Source: Scyliorhinus canicula | Taxonomy: Eukaryota | Direction: 5' to 3' | NCBI RefSeq assembly: GCF_902713615.1 | Contig: NC_052158.1 | Span: forward strand, 42,681,159-42,745,158 | Length of the DNA stretch: 64,000 bases | Shown: one piece after another, positions 23,311-36,483 of the stretch | How the letters are laid out: each line of letters opens with the position of its first letter | Position numbering within the stretch: the stretch's first letter is position 1 | Position numbers and translations under genes: made by a program | Notes under the pieces: generated by a model | Seen by the model: only the letters and a program-made list of their open reading frames with translations | The model's database searches: none | Told to the model about the DNA's origin: nothing

Positions 23311-23930
23311 GTTGCTAGCACAGTTGCTTCACAGCACCAGGATCCCTTGTTCGATTCACGGCTTGGGTCACTGTCTGTGCGGAGTCTGCACATCCTCCCC
23401 GTGTCTGCGTTGATTTCCTCCGTGTGCTCCAGTTTACTCCCACAGTCCACAGATATGCAGGTTAGGTGCATTGGCCATGATAAATTGCTCTTAGTGTCCA
23501 GAAAGTTTGGGTGATGGAACCATCAAATCACCAGACACATGTTTCGATATGAATCTAGGCTTTAATTGACTTACTTCAGAGTCAGCCTGTTACCCGTTGA
23601 TGAACTCTTAATGAACTCAGGCTGACTCTGGACAAGGGTATTTATCCAGATGCACTAGGGGGAGGAGTCATGGGCGGAGCCAAGGGTGGAGCCCAGTTCA
23701 AGTTCCTGAGTACTCCCAGAGCTACTCCCCTAGTGGTAGGCTAGCGCTACTGCGCTTACAAAGATAGTGGGAATTATCATATATATATATATTACATTCA
23801 CCACACTGGGTTACCGGGATAGGGAGGAGGTGTGGGCTTGGGTGGGGTGGGGTGCTCTTTTCAAGGGCTGGTGCAGACTCGATGGGCCAAATGGCCTCCT
23901 ACTGCACTGTAAATTCTATGATTCTATGAT
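23290..23930 (+). mobile_element. tRNA-derived SINE whose head is continuous with the minisatellite; split by a solo LTR
   Basis: gcttcacagcaccagg...gttcgatt...gggtcactgtctgtgcggagtctgcac body and an attctatgattctatga tail. Confidence 0.82.
23512..23805 (-). mobile_element. Solo LTR (tgtggtgaat...catca family) nested in a SINE, ~200 bp upstream of the X box
   Basis: Same termini as the Gypsy LTRs, ATTAAA at the equivalent position, and flanks TTGGG/CTGGG (TGGG duplication). The SINE resumes on the far side. Confidence 0.8.
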
Positions 23931-24001
23931 CTCAGTGTTATTCTCTCAATGAAACAAACTCGAAGTTCATTCAGAGAAACTCCGAGCAGACTTGTATTTT
24001 A

Positions 24002-24044
24002 CCCAGATACAGGTGATGGAGGAGATCTGAATTTGTGATTGGCT
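24002..24044 (+). promoter_or_regulatory. MHC class II promoter X box (CCCAGATACAGGTG, 24002-24015) and Y box (GTGATTGGCT, 24035-24044)
   Basis: The X1-like motif resembles the class II consensus (HLA-DRA CCTAGCAACAGATG). An inverted CCAAT Y box follows 19 bp later, the canonical X-Y spacing, ~140 bp upstream of the leader ATG. No S box could be assigned confidently. Confidence 0.8.
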
Positions 24045-24182
24045 AAACCACATGTCAATCACAGAGTGATGCTTCAGTAAAGTGAGTGAGATAGAAACTT
24101 CACTTCAGACACTGACAGCAAACTGAGTGGAGCTGGCACTGGGTACAGTCTGATCAGAACTGGGAGAAACGAGAGGATTAGA

Positions 24183-24249
24183 ATGGAAATTGGGAGATAC
24201 CTAACTGTGTTGGTGCTGGTTTTAATTCATGGAGCCTGGGCTGTGAAAT
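24183..24249 (+). CDS. DAA-like: MHC class II alpha exon 1 (signal peptide MEIGRYLTVLVLVLIHGAWAVK + 1 nt, phase-1 donor GTGAGT)
   Basis: Hand translation gives a hydrophobic leader resembling shark class II alpha leaders. It has a perfect GTGAGT donor at 24250, lies behind X/Y boxes, and its phase matches exon 2 (T+AT = Tyr). It is too short for the ORF track. Confidence 0.88.
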
Positions 24250-24699
24250 GTGAGTTATGAAACAGTAACATTTAATAGTTTATAAATATTAATATCTGAT
24301 CTCACTGGGCGCAGCGTGGTGTTATTACAGGAAGTATTAATTGTATATTAACTGGGTGTTTAATTGAATTCTGGTACTGGGTGTTAACTGGGGATTTACC
24401 TGTGTTCATGTAATATACATGGAGCAGGTAAGAGGTATATGTCTACAATCAAGAACTCTGTAAATAAATTGTTTTATATCGAAGAGCAGACTCAATGTGG
24501 TTTTTGGTATTATGGGTCGGTACAAAACATGTGTGTTTCTGTAAATACATTCTTGTAAGTGCACAAAGATTAGGCTTCAATTCTACCCCTCACCATCTGG
24601 CTATCTAAATTGTAAATGCACATTGTGTGTTATGTTTATATTCTATTGAAACAAGCAAACTTGCATTTATATAATGCCTTTTACGTAGGAAAATGTCCC

Positions 24700-26900
24700 A
24701 AGGCTTCTCATTGGAGTTTAATCAGACAAAACGTCAAAGAGACCAAGAAGGAAGGGATGACTTGTTTGGGGAACTAATTGATTTTAAATAAGTTTCTTTG
24801 AGGGGGAGAGTGAGATGGAGAGCTCAGGACGGGAATTGAGTGTTTGGAACCTAGAGAGCTGGAGCCATTTCCACCAATGGTGGGTGTGAGAGGTCAGAGC
24901 TGGAGAAATACAGAGCGCTCGGGGGATTATAAAACTGGAGGATGTTACCGAGACCTGGAAAGGTGAGGATGCAAACAAATTTGAACATGATGAGAATTTT
25001 AAACTTGAGAAGTAGCCAGATGGGGAGTCAATGCAGATTAGCAAGCACAGGTGAACAGGACATAGTGCGAGGAGGGATGTTCAAGTTCATGGCGGGTGGA
25101 AGATAGTAGGTTAATTAAGGAACAGTCCTTAATCAAATCGAACAGTCGATTCAAAACAGGAGCATGAAGGAGGGATTCAGCAACAGATAATCTGAAGCAG
25201 GAGATCTTACAGAGGTCAAATGATTCAATCACAACAATGGAGAGCGAATGGGGTTGGAATCTCACCTCTGGGTCATCTCTAGGTTCGCAAGATTATAAGC
25301 AGTCTGGTTCAGCCTCTCTGATTGGTCAGTGAGGGAAATGGTAATCAAATACAGTGGGTTTGATCTTCCAAATATTTAACTGAAATATATTTCTGCTCAT
25401 CCAGCACTGGATGTTGGACAATGTTACAAATCGGAGCGAGTGGAGGGGTCGAGATATGTGATGGTGAGGAGGAGCTGGGTGTTGTCAGCATACATGTGAA
25501 AACTTAATTTAATCTTTTTGGATGATGTCACTGAGGGGCAGCACATAGATGAGAAACTGGATTGTGACAGAATAAATCACAATGAAATACATAAAATAAT
25601 ACAGCACAGAATCCAGCCGTTCCATCAAACTGGAGAATACCAGTGTTTATGCTCCACTTCAGATCAACCATCATTCCTCCTCTACTCCGATTCTCTTTTC
25701 ATAATGTGCAGATATCGCTTCCCCTTATAAGAATCAATACCATCACTTGGGCCACATCAACTATAACAGTGCGAGCAGAGAGAGAAGCCAAGAGGGACTC
25801 TGACCACAGTTACATAAGATTAGAATCAGGTGGAGGCAGTCCCATCCAGATGGATGTCAATGGAGAGCTATTGGAGCAGGATGATGTGGTGTCATTCCTG
25901 TCAAAGATTGGAGATAGGGATTGAGAGAGAGCTGAGGAGGACAGGAATCTCCCAGCGAACAGAAGGCCCGAGAAGGATGAGGAGAAAAAGTTTATTTTTG
26001 TCACAGTCAAAAACGACATTGTTAGTGGACTTTGATAAGAGTCATTTCAATACTGTTACAGAACCCTAACTGGAGAAAGGTTATGGGTGTGTTTTTTGGA
26101 GGTGATGGCATAATTTAAATAGCGAGGGATAACATCTGAAGAGAGAGAACCGTGAACAGTATCGGCCAACATGGGGAGCAGGAGGGGAAGTTGGGTGATC
26201 AGTGGTTTAGTGAGAATAGGGTCGAGGGAACAGGAGATGGGTTCATGGACAAGATGAGCTCAGAGAGGACATGAGGGGAGATAGGAGAGAAACTAGAGAA
26301 AGATGTGAGTTCAGGGCTGGGGCAAGGGGGAGCATTAATGGAAGTTTGTCCAGGTGGGTTAGTGGAAAGGAGGGAAGTGACAGCGGATGAGACGGTAATA
26401 AGCTGAGTGACAAATAAATCCATGAGTCCTCTCCCTAGGGTGGAGGACACTGGAGGGACGGGTTTAAGAGGCTTACAGCAGACAAAATAAGCCAGAAGAT
26501 ACCTTTACAATTGGACTCAGGCAGAGGTTAAATATTTTGGAGGTGTTCAGGGATTGGGGTGGGGTGGTGGGATTGGATAACTGGGAAGATTCAGCAGGCC
26601 AGACAGGAGTGGCTGATGGAGAAACATGGAAGGATGTTGGGAGATTGTGGAGGGTGAGGGGGTAGGGGTATGAGGAGTGCGGGGGGGGGGGGGGGGGGTG
26701 CGGGAGGGAAGTGGCCATAGTTGCAACATCAGTGGACTGGCTGTGATGGGTGGAGCAGAGGTCAGGAGTGAAGAGTCAGGGAGTCGATTAGCCAATTTCC
26801 AGAAGGAAAAATCAGTTTGGACCGTATTCTTATTTCCCCATTCTACTTTTTTTTCCTGATGTGGTGGGAATGGCGAGGAGACTGGGAAATGCTGTAGACA
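24700..26900. mobile_element. Decayed L2-like LINE fragments in intron 1 (~24700-25560 and ~26080-26900)
   Basis: Minus-strand remnant FSSFSPISPHVLSELILSM resembles the L2 ORF2 linker, and the purine-rich decayed texture fits. Confidence 0.5.
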
Positions 26901-26934
26901 GGGAGAGAGAGGAGTATCGAGTGAAGGGGAGAAT

Positions 26935-28870
26935 GGGAGAGACAGAGAGGAGCAGAGAGTAAAAGAGCGAGAGACATAGAGGAGCAGAAAGTAAAGGAGA
27001 AAGAGAGAGAGAGAGGAGCAGAGAGTAAAGTAGAAAGTGGGAAAGAGAGAGAGGAGAGGAGAGTAAAGGAGAGAGTGGGAGAGACAGAGTGGAGCAGAGA
27101 GTAAAGGAGAGAGAGAGACAGAGTGGAGCAGAGAGTAAAGGAGAAAGGAGATTGGGAAAATCTTCTGAGGAAAGGCTGATGGACTTGAGGTTGTTTTCGT
27201 TAGAGAGAAGAAGGTTAAGAGGTGACTGAATAGAGGCATACAAAATGATCAGAGGGTTAGATAGGGTGGACAGTGAGAGCCTTCTCCCGCGGATGGAGGT
27301 GGCTAGCACGAGGGGACATAGCCTTAAATTGAGGGGTAATAGATATAGGACAGAGGTCAGAGGTGGGTTTTTTACGCAAAGAGTGGTGAGGCCGTGGAAT
27401 GCCCTACCTGCAACAGTAGTGAACTCGCCAACATTGAGGGCATTTAAAAGTTTATTGGATAAGCATATGGATGATAAGGGCATAGTGTAGGTTAGGTGGC
27501 CTTTAGTTTTTTTCCATGTCGGTGCAACATCGAGGGCCGAAGGGCCTGTACTGCGTTATATCATTCTATGTTCTATGTTCTATGAGAGAGAGAGAGAGAC
27601 AGAGAGGGGCAGAGAGTAAAGGGGAGAGAGAGAGCATCAGAGAAAAACAAAGAGAAGCAGAGTGTGAAGGAGAGAGTGGGACAGAGAGAGTGGAGCAGAG
27701 TTTAAAGGAGAGCGAGAGACAGAGAGGAGTAGAGAGAGAGACAGAGAGACAGAGAGGAGCAGAGAGTAAAGGAGAGAGAGAGCGTCAGAGAAAAACAAAG
27801 ATAAGCAGAGTGTGAAGGAGAGAGTGGGACAGAGAGAGNNNNNNNNNNNNNNNNNNNNNNNNNNNNNNNNNNNNNNNNNNNNNNNNNNNNNNNNNNNNNN
27901 NNNNNNNNNNNNNNNNNNNNNNNNNNNNNNNNNNNNNNNNNNNNNNNNNNNNNNNNNNNNNNNNNNNNNNNNNNNNNNNNNNNNNNNNNNNNNNNNNNNN
28001 NNNNNNNNNNNNNNNNNNNNNNNNNNNNNNNNNNNNNNNNNNNNNNNNNNNNNNNNNNNNNNNNNNNNNNNNNNNNNNNNNNNNNNNNNNAGAGAGACAG
28101 AGAGGAGCAGTGAGTAAAGGAAAGAGAGAGAGACAGAGAGGAGCAGAGATTAAAGGAGAGAGAGAGAGNNNNNNNNNNNNNNNNNNNNNNNNNNNNNNNN
28201 NNNNNNNNNNNNNNNNNNNNNNNNNNNNNNNNNNNNNNNNNNNNNNNNNNNNNNNNNNNNNNNNNNNNNNNNNNNNNNNNNNNNNNNNNNNNNNNNNNNN
28301 NNNNNNNNNNNNNNNNNNNNNNNNNNNNNNNNNNNNNNNNNNNNNNNNNNNNNNNNNNNNNNNNNNNNNNNNNNNNNNNNNNNNNNNNNNNNNNNNNNNN
28401 NNNNNNNNNNNNNNNNNNNNNNNNNNNNNNNNNNNNNNNNNNNNNNNNNNNNNNNNNNNNNNNNNNNNNNNNNNNNNNNNNNNNNNNNNNGAGTCAGAGA
28501 AAAACAAAGAGAAGGAGAGTGTGAAGGAGTGAGTGGGACAGACAGTGGAGCAGAGTGTGAAGGAGAGAGTGGGGGAGAGAGGAGCAGAGATTAAAGGAGC
28601 GAGAGAGACAGACAGAGAGGAGCAGAGATTAAAGGAGAGAGAGAGAGNNNNNNNNNNNNNNNNNNNNNNNNNNNNNNNNNNNNNNNNNNNNNNNNNNNNN
28701 NNNNNNNNNNNNNNNNNNNNNNNNNNNNNNNNNNNNNNNNNNNNNNNNNNNNNNNNNNNNNNNNNNNNNNNNNNNNNNNNNNNNNNNNNNNNNNNNNNNN
28801 NNNNNNNNNNNNNNNNNNNNNNNNNNNNNNNNNNNNNNNNNNNNNNNNNNNNNNNAGAGTGGGGGAGAGA
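26935..28870. repeat. GA-rich satellite at the inner end of the right arm
   Basis: Reverse complement of 17946-19181, interrupted by a CR1 fragment and N runs. Confidence 0.9.
27150..27582 (+). mobile_element. 5'-truncated CR1 3' end inserted into the GA-rich satellite
   Basis: RGLDRVD...RGHSLKLRG...FFTQRVV C-terminal motifs and a ttctatgttctatg tail. It is nearly identical to 36484-36900. Confidence 0.88.
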
Positions 28871-29514
28871 CTAATGTTTGGGTTTTCACTGTGTCATGTC
28901 GAGTCAGTGAAGTATCTGAAGTGGCTCTAGTATGCTGGAGACAAAGCTGGTGAGATGCAATGAAAATTCAATAACCTTGAAAGCCACGGAGTCTTTGATT
29001 GGCCTGGAGATATAGAGATCACTGTGGAATACCTTAATCCATAATTACTTGTGTAAAAGTCAAATGGGGGGGGGGGGGGGGGGGTCTTCCGCTTGTTACA
29101 GCTGTTCCTGCTGTTGGGTGCTACAGTAATCTGCAAACTTCACTCTTCGCAGATGTTGACTCCAAGAAACCTAGCTACGTTTCAGTGTCAAACGCTACCT
29201 CAGGGTTCCCACCATTGCTCGAGATGGTTCACTCATTGTGAGGCTCGATCAGAGAATACATTATCATTCCATGTAATGTTCTGGAAAGCATTACCATGAA
29301 TCTCCACCTAGCTCAGGGACACCCATCATGTCACCTACTCAAATTGGTCACTCAGCAGTATTTCTATGCGCTTGATATGGATGGATGGCCCCATTGATCA
29401 GGTTACATATAGCTGCCATATTCACACTTCTCCAGACCAGACCACACACTGTACCCCAGTCTGTATTCCAGAGGTGGTTGACATCTTATTTGTTGCTGAA
29501 GCAATGACTCATTT

Positions 29515-32257
29515 GTTTTTTAAGAAAATATTTTATTAAGGTATTTATAATTTGAACATTTATAACGAAGAGATCCAACACACACAAAATCCCCACAATA
29601 ACATACCCATCTCCCCCCAAATATATACACTAACTATCATGGTCCATGTACCTACTCCATCCCACGGTTCTCCCTTCCTGATTTCCTACCCTTATCCATC
29701 ACTTTCATGCCTCCCCCCCTCCCCCTGCTGATGGTAAATTTTCCTTGAAGACGTTGATGAACGGCCGCCACCTCCGAGCGAACCCCTGTAGTGAACCCCT
29801 TAATGCAAACATAATCTTCTCCAGCCTTTCCCAGCCCATATAAAACCCAAGATCGACGCATTCATCTTCCTAAAAAATGCCTTAGGGATGAAAATTGGGA
29901 GACACTGAAAAATCAACAGCAATCTTGGGAGGACTGTCATTTACACAGGCTGTACCTGAGGGCTGGTTTAGCTCACTGGGCTAAACCGCTGACACTTAAA
30001 GCAGACCAAGGCAGGCCAGCAGCACGGTTTGATTCCTGTACCAGCCTCCCCGGACAGGGAAGAGCAGGGCAGGGGCAACCTTCAGGGTCGCGAGGCTACA
30101 TACGGTGAGTGGGGGTAGGAGCCCGCCAAACTTCAGGGTTCGGCTCCTGAGGTTGCACTGGAAGTCCAGACCCAACAGGAGAGGAGCGCAGAGGTCGGGG
30201 AGTACATATAGCTTAAAATTGGCGTACTCGGCGCCCTGTATTGCAAGGTTTGCTACAGTGTACCCCTGGATCGGCACTGAGTGCGATCCAGAAATGAGGG
30301 AGATTGTTTGACGTGCAGGGAAGATTTGGAGTGAGCAGTGCCTTACCGTGTCTGGGTGAATGAAACTCTCTGTGCTCCCAAAGTCAAACAGGCAATGCGT
30401 TTTGTGTCCATCGACCTGGACGGTCATCATGGAGTTCCGGAGATGTTTTGGTCGCGACTGGTCGAGGGTGATTGCGCCGAGTTGCGGGTAGCCGGCGTGG
30501 TAGGACGTGGTGGGGTGGTCCCCTATTGGTCGCACGTGTCGGGTGGTGATGAAGATGGCATCCAAGATGGCAGCCCCCATGAGTCGCACATGTTGTACGG
30601 CTTGAAGATGGCTGCCCCCACGGACAGCACGAGGCAGATGACGCGTCCAGAGGGGGTGGAGCTGGCAGGCAAGCAGCCACACTGCGGGGTCTGCAGTGCT
30701 GTGAGTCTGAGGGTCAGGTCTGCGACTTGGAGGATTTGGGCCTGGCCAGGCAAACTTTGGCAAAGTGTCCCTTTTTGCCACAGTCGCTGCAGTTCCCGTT
30801 CCGGGCAGCGCTGCCTGGGGTGCTGATGCTGGTCACAGAAATAGCAGGGTAGCCCCCCCGGGTTGGGCGGGCAGCCGCGCGGCACAGGCCTGGGGTACTC
30901 TCTGGTCGGGGATCCACGAGGGGGTCGCGTGCTCAGACAGGAACTCGTTGAGGCTTTGGAACGCTATTTCTAGCGAGGAGGTTAGTTTTACCTTTTCTTC
31001 GAGGTCGAGGGTACCTCTCTCGAGTAGGCGCTGTCTCACGTAGTTGGGCCTGACTCCAGCCACGTAGGCGCCCGGACGGTGAGGTCCCTATGTCGAGAGG
31101 CCATAACGGCCTGGTAGTTGCAACTTCGTGCAAGGAGTTTGAGGTCGCGTAGGTACCTCTCCAGCGATTCCCTGGGGCGTTGGCAGCGAGTGGTGAGGAG
31201 GTGTCGCACGTACACCTCATTCACCGGCTTTATGTATAGGCGCCTCAGCATCGCGAGGGCGTCCGTGTATGTGGAGGCTTCCTCGAGTTGTTCAGAGATT
31301 CGATGGCTCACCCGGGCGTGGAGGAGGCTCAGTTTCTGTTCATCGGAGAGGGAAGGCGAGGAGGAGACGGCGAGGAAGGCCTCGAAACCTCGGAGCCAGT
31401 GCGAAGAAAATCCCTCTGGCTTCCGCGGCCTGTGGATTGTGTTCCAGTCGGTCAGGTTTGAGGGCCGATTCCATTGAGGTGTTGTCGATTAAATTGATGC
31501 GACCATCAATTCACACAAGACAGTGAGTGGAAGTAAACTGTGGCTTTAATCGACTAGAACAGAGCCTGCCTGCGACTGTTCTGCTAGTGAGAGCCGCCTA
31601 CAGGGCAGCTGCTCTTTATACCTCCCCTCAAGGGGCGGAGCCCACAAGGGCACCAACATGATACATCACAGGGTAATACCTTACAATGGTCCATAGGTGG
31701 AGCCCACATGGGCAACAGCGTGGTACAGCGTGATACATGGTGAATGGTTAGTATAACACATTCACCATACTAGAAAACTCCCGCCGGATCCAGAATCACC
31801 TTCCCCCCCCTGTATCTCTTACTTTCCCTATCTCTCTCGCCGCCTCCTGTTTCCTCAGCTAGTGCGCTAGCATCCTAGTGGCATTTTCCCCATATTCATA
31901 CACCGCCCCCTTTACCCTCCTCAGCTGTCCCTCCACCTTACCTGTGGACAGGAGCCCAAACTCCAGCTGCAGTCTCTGACGCTCCTTCAGAAGCCTCATC
32001 CGGAGACTCCGCGTACCTCCTGTCCACCTGTAAAATTTCACCTACCAATCTGTCCAACTCCGCCCACTCGGTCTTCTCCTTATGGGCCCGAATTGAGATG
32101 AATTCTCCCCTGATAACCACCTTCAGTGCCTCCCACCCCACCCCCGCTGAAACCTGACCGGTATCATTGATCCTGTATCATTATACAGCCCCGAATGGCC
32201 TCCCTCACCCGCTCACACACCTCCTCCTCCGCTAACAGCCCCATATCCAACCTCCAT
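29515..32257 (-). mobile_element. Mirror copy of the L1-clade LINE
   Basis: Same TSD in reverse complement (29501-29514/32258-32271). Confidence 0.85.
30058..31769 (-). mobile_element. Mirror copy of the second Gypsy fragment (LTR 31495-31769)
   Basis: Reverse-complement match to 14244-15965. Confidence 0.85.
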
Positions 32258-35200
32258 GCAATGACTCATTTTGATTGGATGAGAGTGTGTCACTTACACT
32301 GCCATTTGTAACATTGCCCGCCATTTGGCTGGGGGCTAGCAGCCGAGCAGCATAGAGCACCCGGCTCTAGCTGCTGATACGGCCCAGAGAATTGCCGGGT
32401 CCGTGCTCACGCATGCTCACGGCGGCGGCCTCCACCGGTCACACCATGCGACACGGCGCCGGCCGCGGCTGACGGCCCGGCCTGTAAAATAGTGGCCACC
32501 CTTTGCCGGCTCATGAGCCGCGGACCACCTCCCAACAATGCCCCCTGCCCCTGCCAAAGTGCCCCCTGCCCGCTGTGGCAGTGCTGAACTGAGCCCGCAG
32601 CCGCCACGACGAGTTCCCGAAGAATGATAGCACACGCGACCGATGCCATCGGAAACGACTGGTCGGGGCCGGAGTATCAGGCGGAGGGCCAAAGGCAACG
32701 TCCTGAGGCCATTAATCCGTAATCCAGGAGTAGGCCACTTTGAGGGGGTGGAGTATCGCAAAAGCGGCGCCACTCCCAATTTCGTCGGAAACGGGAATTC
32801 TCCAGCCGATTGCCGAGTACGATTTCGGCACGGCGACCAGAGAATCCCGCCCATGGAATTTATCATTAATTCAGTCTTGGGGTGCCCGGTGCAGGCCAGA
32901 CCCAGCAGAGATAATAATAATAATCTTTATTATTGTCACAAGTAGGCTTACATTAACACTGCAATGAAGTTACTATGAAAATCCCCTAGTCATCCCACTC
33001 CGGCACCTGTTCGGGTACACAGAGGGAGAATTCAGGATGTCCAATTCACCTAACAGCACGTCTTTCGGGACTTGTGGGAGGAAACCGGAGCACCCGGAGG
33101 AAACCCACGCAGACACAGGGAGAATGTGCAGACCCCACACAGACAGTGACCCAAGCCGGAATCAAACCTGGGACCCTGGAGCTGTGAAGCAACAGTGCTA
33201 CCCACTGTGCTACCGTGCCACCCTATGCAGCAAGACCTGGATAATATCAAGGTTTGGCCTGATAAGTGGAAAGCTACAGTCATGCATGCAAGTGCCAGGC
33301 AATGACCATCTCCAATAAGAGAGAATCAAACTACCCCCCTTTCACATTCAATGACTGAATCCCCCACTATCAACATCCTGGGGTTACTATTGATCAGAAA
33401 CTGAACTGGAATAGCCATGCTAATACTGTGGCTGCTAGGGCAGGTCAAAGGCTAGGAATCCTGCAGTTGTCAGGCAAATACTTCACAACGGTGGACCACC
33501 TTCTGGGGTTTATTCTGTCCCCAAATATTGGTATATATCCTGCAGTATAAAATCTGTTAGATGTTTCAGGACGTGTCTCAGTCACCTCCTGAACCCCAAA
33601 GCCTGACCACTGTCTACAAGGAATAGATTACTCTCCACTCCCAAGGGGCTTGACACCATCTAGGACAAAGCAGCCCACTTGATTGCTCCTCCTTCCAAAC
33701 CATTCATTCCCTCCACCACTGACGAACAGTGGCAGCCGTGTGTACCATCTACATGATGCACTGCAGGAACTCACCAAGGATCCTTCGGCAGCAACTTCCA
33801 AACCCAATACTGCTACTATCCTGAAGGACAAGAGCAGCAGATACCTGGGAACCCCACCATCTGGAGGTTCCCCTCCAAGTCACCCACCACCCTGACTTGG
33901 AAATATATCATCGTTCCTTCACTGTTTCAGGGGCAACATCCTGGAACTCCCTCCCTAACAGCACTGTGGGTATACCTACACCTCAGGGACTGCAGCGGTT
34001 CAAGAAGGCGGCTCACCACCACCTTCTCAAGGGAAATTAAGGATGGGCAATAAAGGCTGTTCCTAAACCGCAACGCCCATATCCCATAAATCTACATGCA
34101 CCACTCGGCATGTACCCCCGGAGCCTATTTTAAAATGCTTCACTTGACTGAAACACCTCCTGAAACATCTAGCAGATTTTATACTTCAGGATAAATACTA
34201 ATATTTGGGGACAGACTAAACCACAGAAGGTGGTCCATCGTTGGGAAGTATTTGCCTGACTATATGAAATTCCTATGCATATTTTTGGTTTGCCTTTCAC
34301 AATTTTTGTTTCTTACATTTATAATGTTGCAATCTTTCCTCCATGTTTGCCTGAGTTTTCATTGCTGGGTAATTTATTTTAGCAATTACAGAAGGGAGGT
34401 TAATGCACAGAGCTCCCTCTAGTGGCTGATAGTCCATTCCCGTGTGGGCGTCACCATTTGTATAGATGCACAGCTCCATGTTGTGGGATTGCTTTAAAGC
34501 CCAACATTTTCACCTATACACTGATATTGTGATCCAGTTCACGTCCCAACCTGAAGGTAAACACTGCCCATTACCTAAGCATAGAACTAAGGTTAGCGAT
34601 ACTTATAAAGTAACTTGTAAAGTAACATTAGGCCTAGATCAAAAGTTAATTTTGATTCTTGCTGAGAACCTATTCTGTTCATTCAATTAGTACCTGGAAA
34701 TTAAGCCAATTTGTTGGTTTACAATTGGCCTTGCCTCAACAGAAGAGTCTACACACAGAAGATAGCAGAAATGTCCCTGTGTGGACATGCATGTTCTGGG
34801 TCACTGTGTGATGCAGAGAACAACAGGTTTCATTATTACAGCCTTGGATCCCACAAATGTATGGGTAGACATTGGGTAGTAAAGCAAAACCACTGATTAC
34901 ACTGATCTCAACTACAATATTCCCTAATTAACAACTGATTATCATCAAATGTGTTCACTTAACACAGGGGTTAAGGCCACCTTCCACCCCCAGCCCCCAC
35001 TCATCTTCATGCTCCCATCTATCTATCGTCCTCCCACCAACGTCCCTACCCCTTGCAGCGACTGAAAGATGTAAAGAGAAAGGTGGCAGCTTCCTGGCAG
35101 TAGCGGTCATGCTAAACGGTGCCACAGCCGGGTTTCCGAGGCAAGGCCGTTCAATCCCGGGCTTTGGGTAACTCGGGTGTAGACATAGTCAACTGAGACT

Positions 35201-36483
35201 AACTACTCACTGAGGATGGGTTCCAGATTGTGATGCCTCACGTGATCTAGCGAGCGTTGTACATCATGTAAGAGCCGTCAGGCATGCCCTCTGTTTCTCA
35301 CCAAGGCCTGAAAATCAAGCAGAGTCCCATTTAATAGCGGGGTCGTTCTTGGCACTGCAAAAGCCAGGAAACATCCTGCTTGCTGTGCCTAAAACGGGAC
35401 TGTTTTTCCATGAAATCACTCCAGAGTTAAGGTTTCAGATCCAAATGGTCCTTCTACAGAACCGCTAAGTTTATCGAGTCTGCACTGACCCTCTGGAAGA
35501 GCGGCCCACTCCGTCATCCTATCCCTATAACCTCACTTAACCTGCACATCTTTTGGACACTAAGGAACAATGTTTTAGCATGGCCAATCCGCCTTATCTG
35601 CACATTTTTGGACTGTGTGAGGAAACCACAACACCTGGAGGAATCCCACTCAGACACATGGAGAAAGTGCAAATTCCACACAATCACCCAAGGGCAGAAC
35701 CAAACCAGGTCCCTGGTGCTGTGAGACAGCGGTGCGAACCCACTGTGCCGTGCCAATGCTGTCAGATATGCTGAGTTTTTCCAACATTTTCTGTTTTTGT
35801 TTTGTGATTAAAATATTCACAGTGGGGGTGGGGATGATGTTTGATTGACAGTCAAACATTACCTGTTAGGTAATGAGTATTTTTTTGTGGAAAGGCAGTA
35901 AGTCAGAGGGATGTGTTCGCCGACTGATTCTTGGAGTGGGGGATGAGAAGAAAAAGACTCCACGCTCCTGATCGACGGTGCGGAGGGGGTGGGGAAGGCG
36001 GACTGTAGGAAGGCAGGAGGCCAGAGGGATGGATATGTAGGCCGACTGGAGCCTGGATCAGGGGAATGAAATGAAACCATTTGGACAGGAATACCTTTAA
36101 TGACAGTTGGCAGCCCAGCCCCCACCAGGTGGGTCCCTTTAGCATCAGGAGCCCACCTGCCATCCTCAATCTGGATGCAAATTATTCATTTGCTCCCGAA
36201 GGCCCCGGACAGGAACCTTGTTAAAGATTAATTCCCACCCCCTGACTGCAGCAGTAACCATTGGCCAGGGGACCTGGAAGGAGTTAACAAACATTAAACA
36301 GCCTGATTGAGGATTGATTTATCAATGAAACCCAGTGGCGTACAGAGGTCTGGTGATGCCGGCGGCAAATCTTGATTGTATGCCCCAAAGCCCCACGTAA
36401 ATATTTCATTAAATATCACCAAAAAACCTATAGAAAACGTAGTTGCACCCGTTCTAGAGCTATTCACTGACCTCTTTATCTTT

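Noticed and set aside
18373-23471. Very long Cys/Pro-rich ORFs (1310, 754, 670, 526, 481 aa) resembling keratin-associated or metallothionein-like proteins
   Set aside because: They are translations of the stop-free C-rich strand of the 22-23-bp minisatellite. They are open in all three frames and run through N gaps.
23970-24000. S (W/Z) box of the class II promoter
   Set aside because: Candidates (GAAACTC, GCAGACT) do not match the consensus and spacing well enough to call.
25643-25924. 93-aa ORF in intron 1 considered as an extra exon
   Set aside because: No similarity to MHC or other families that I can recognise. Exon 1 and exon 2 already join in frame.
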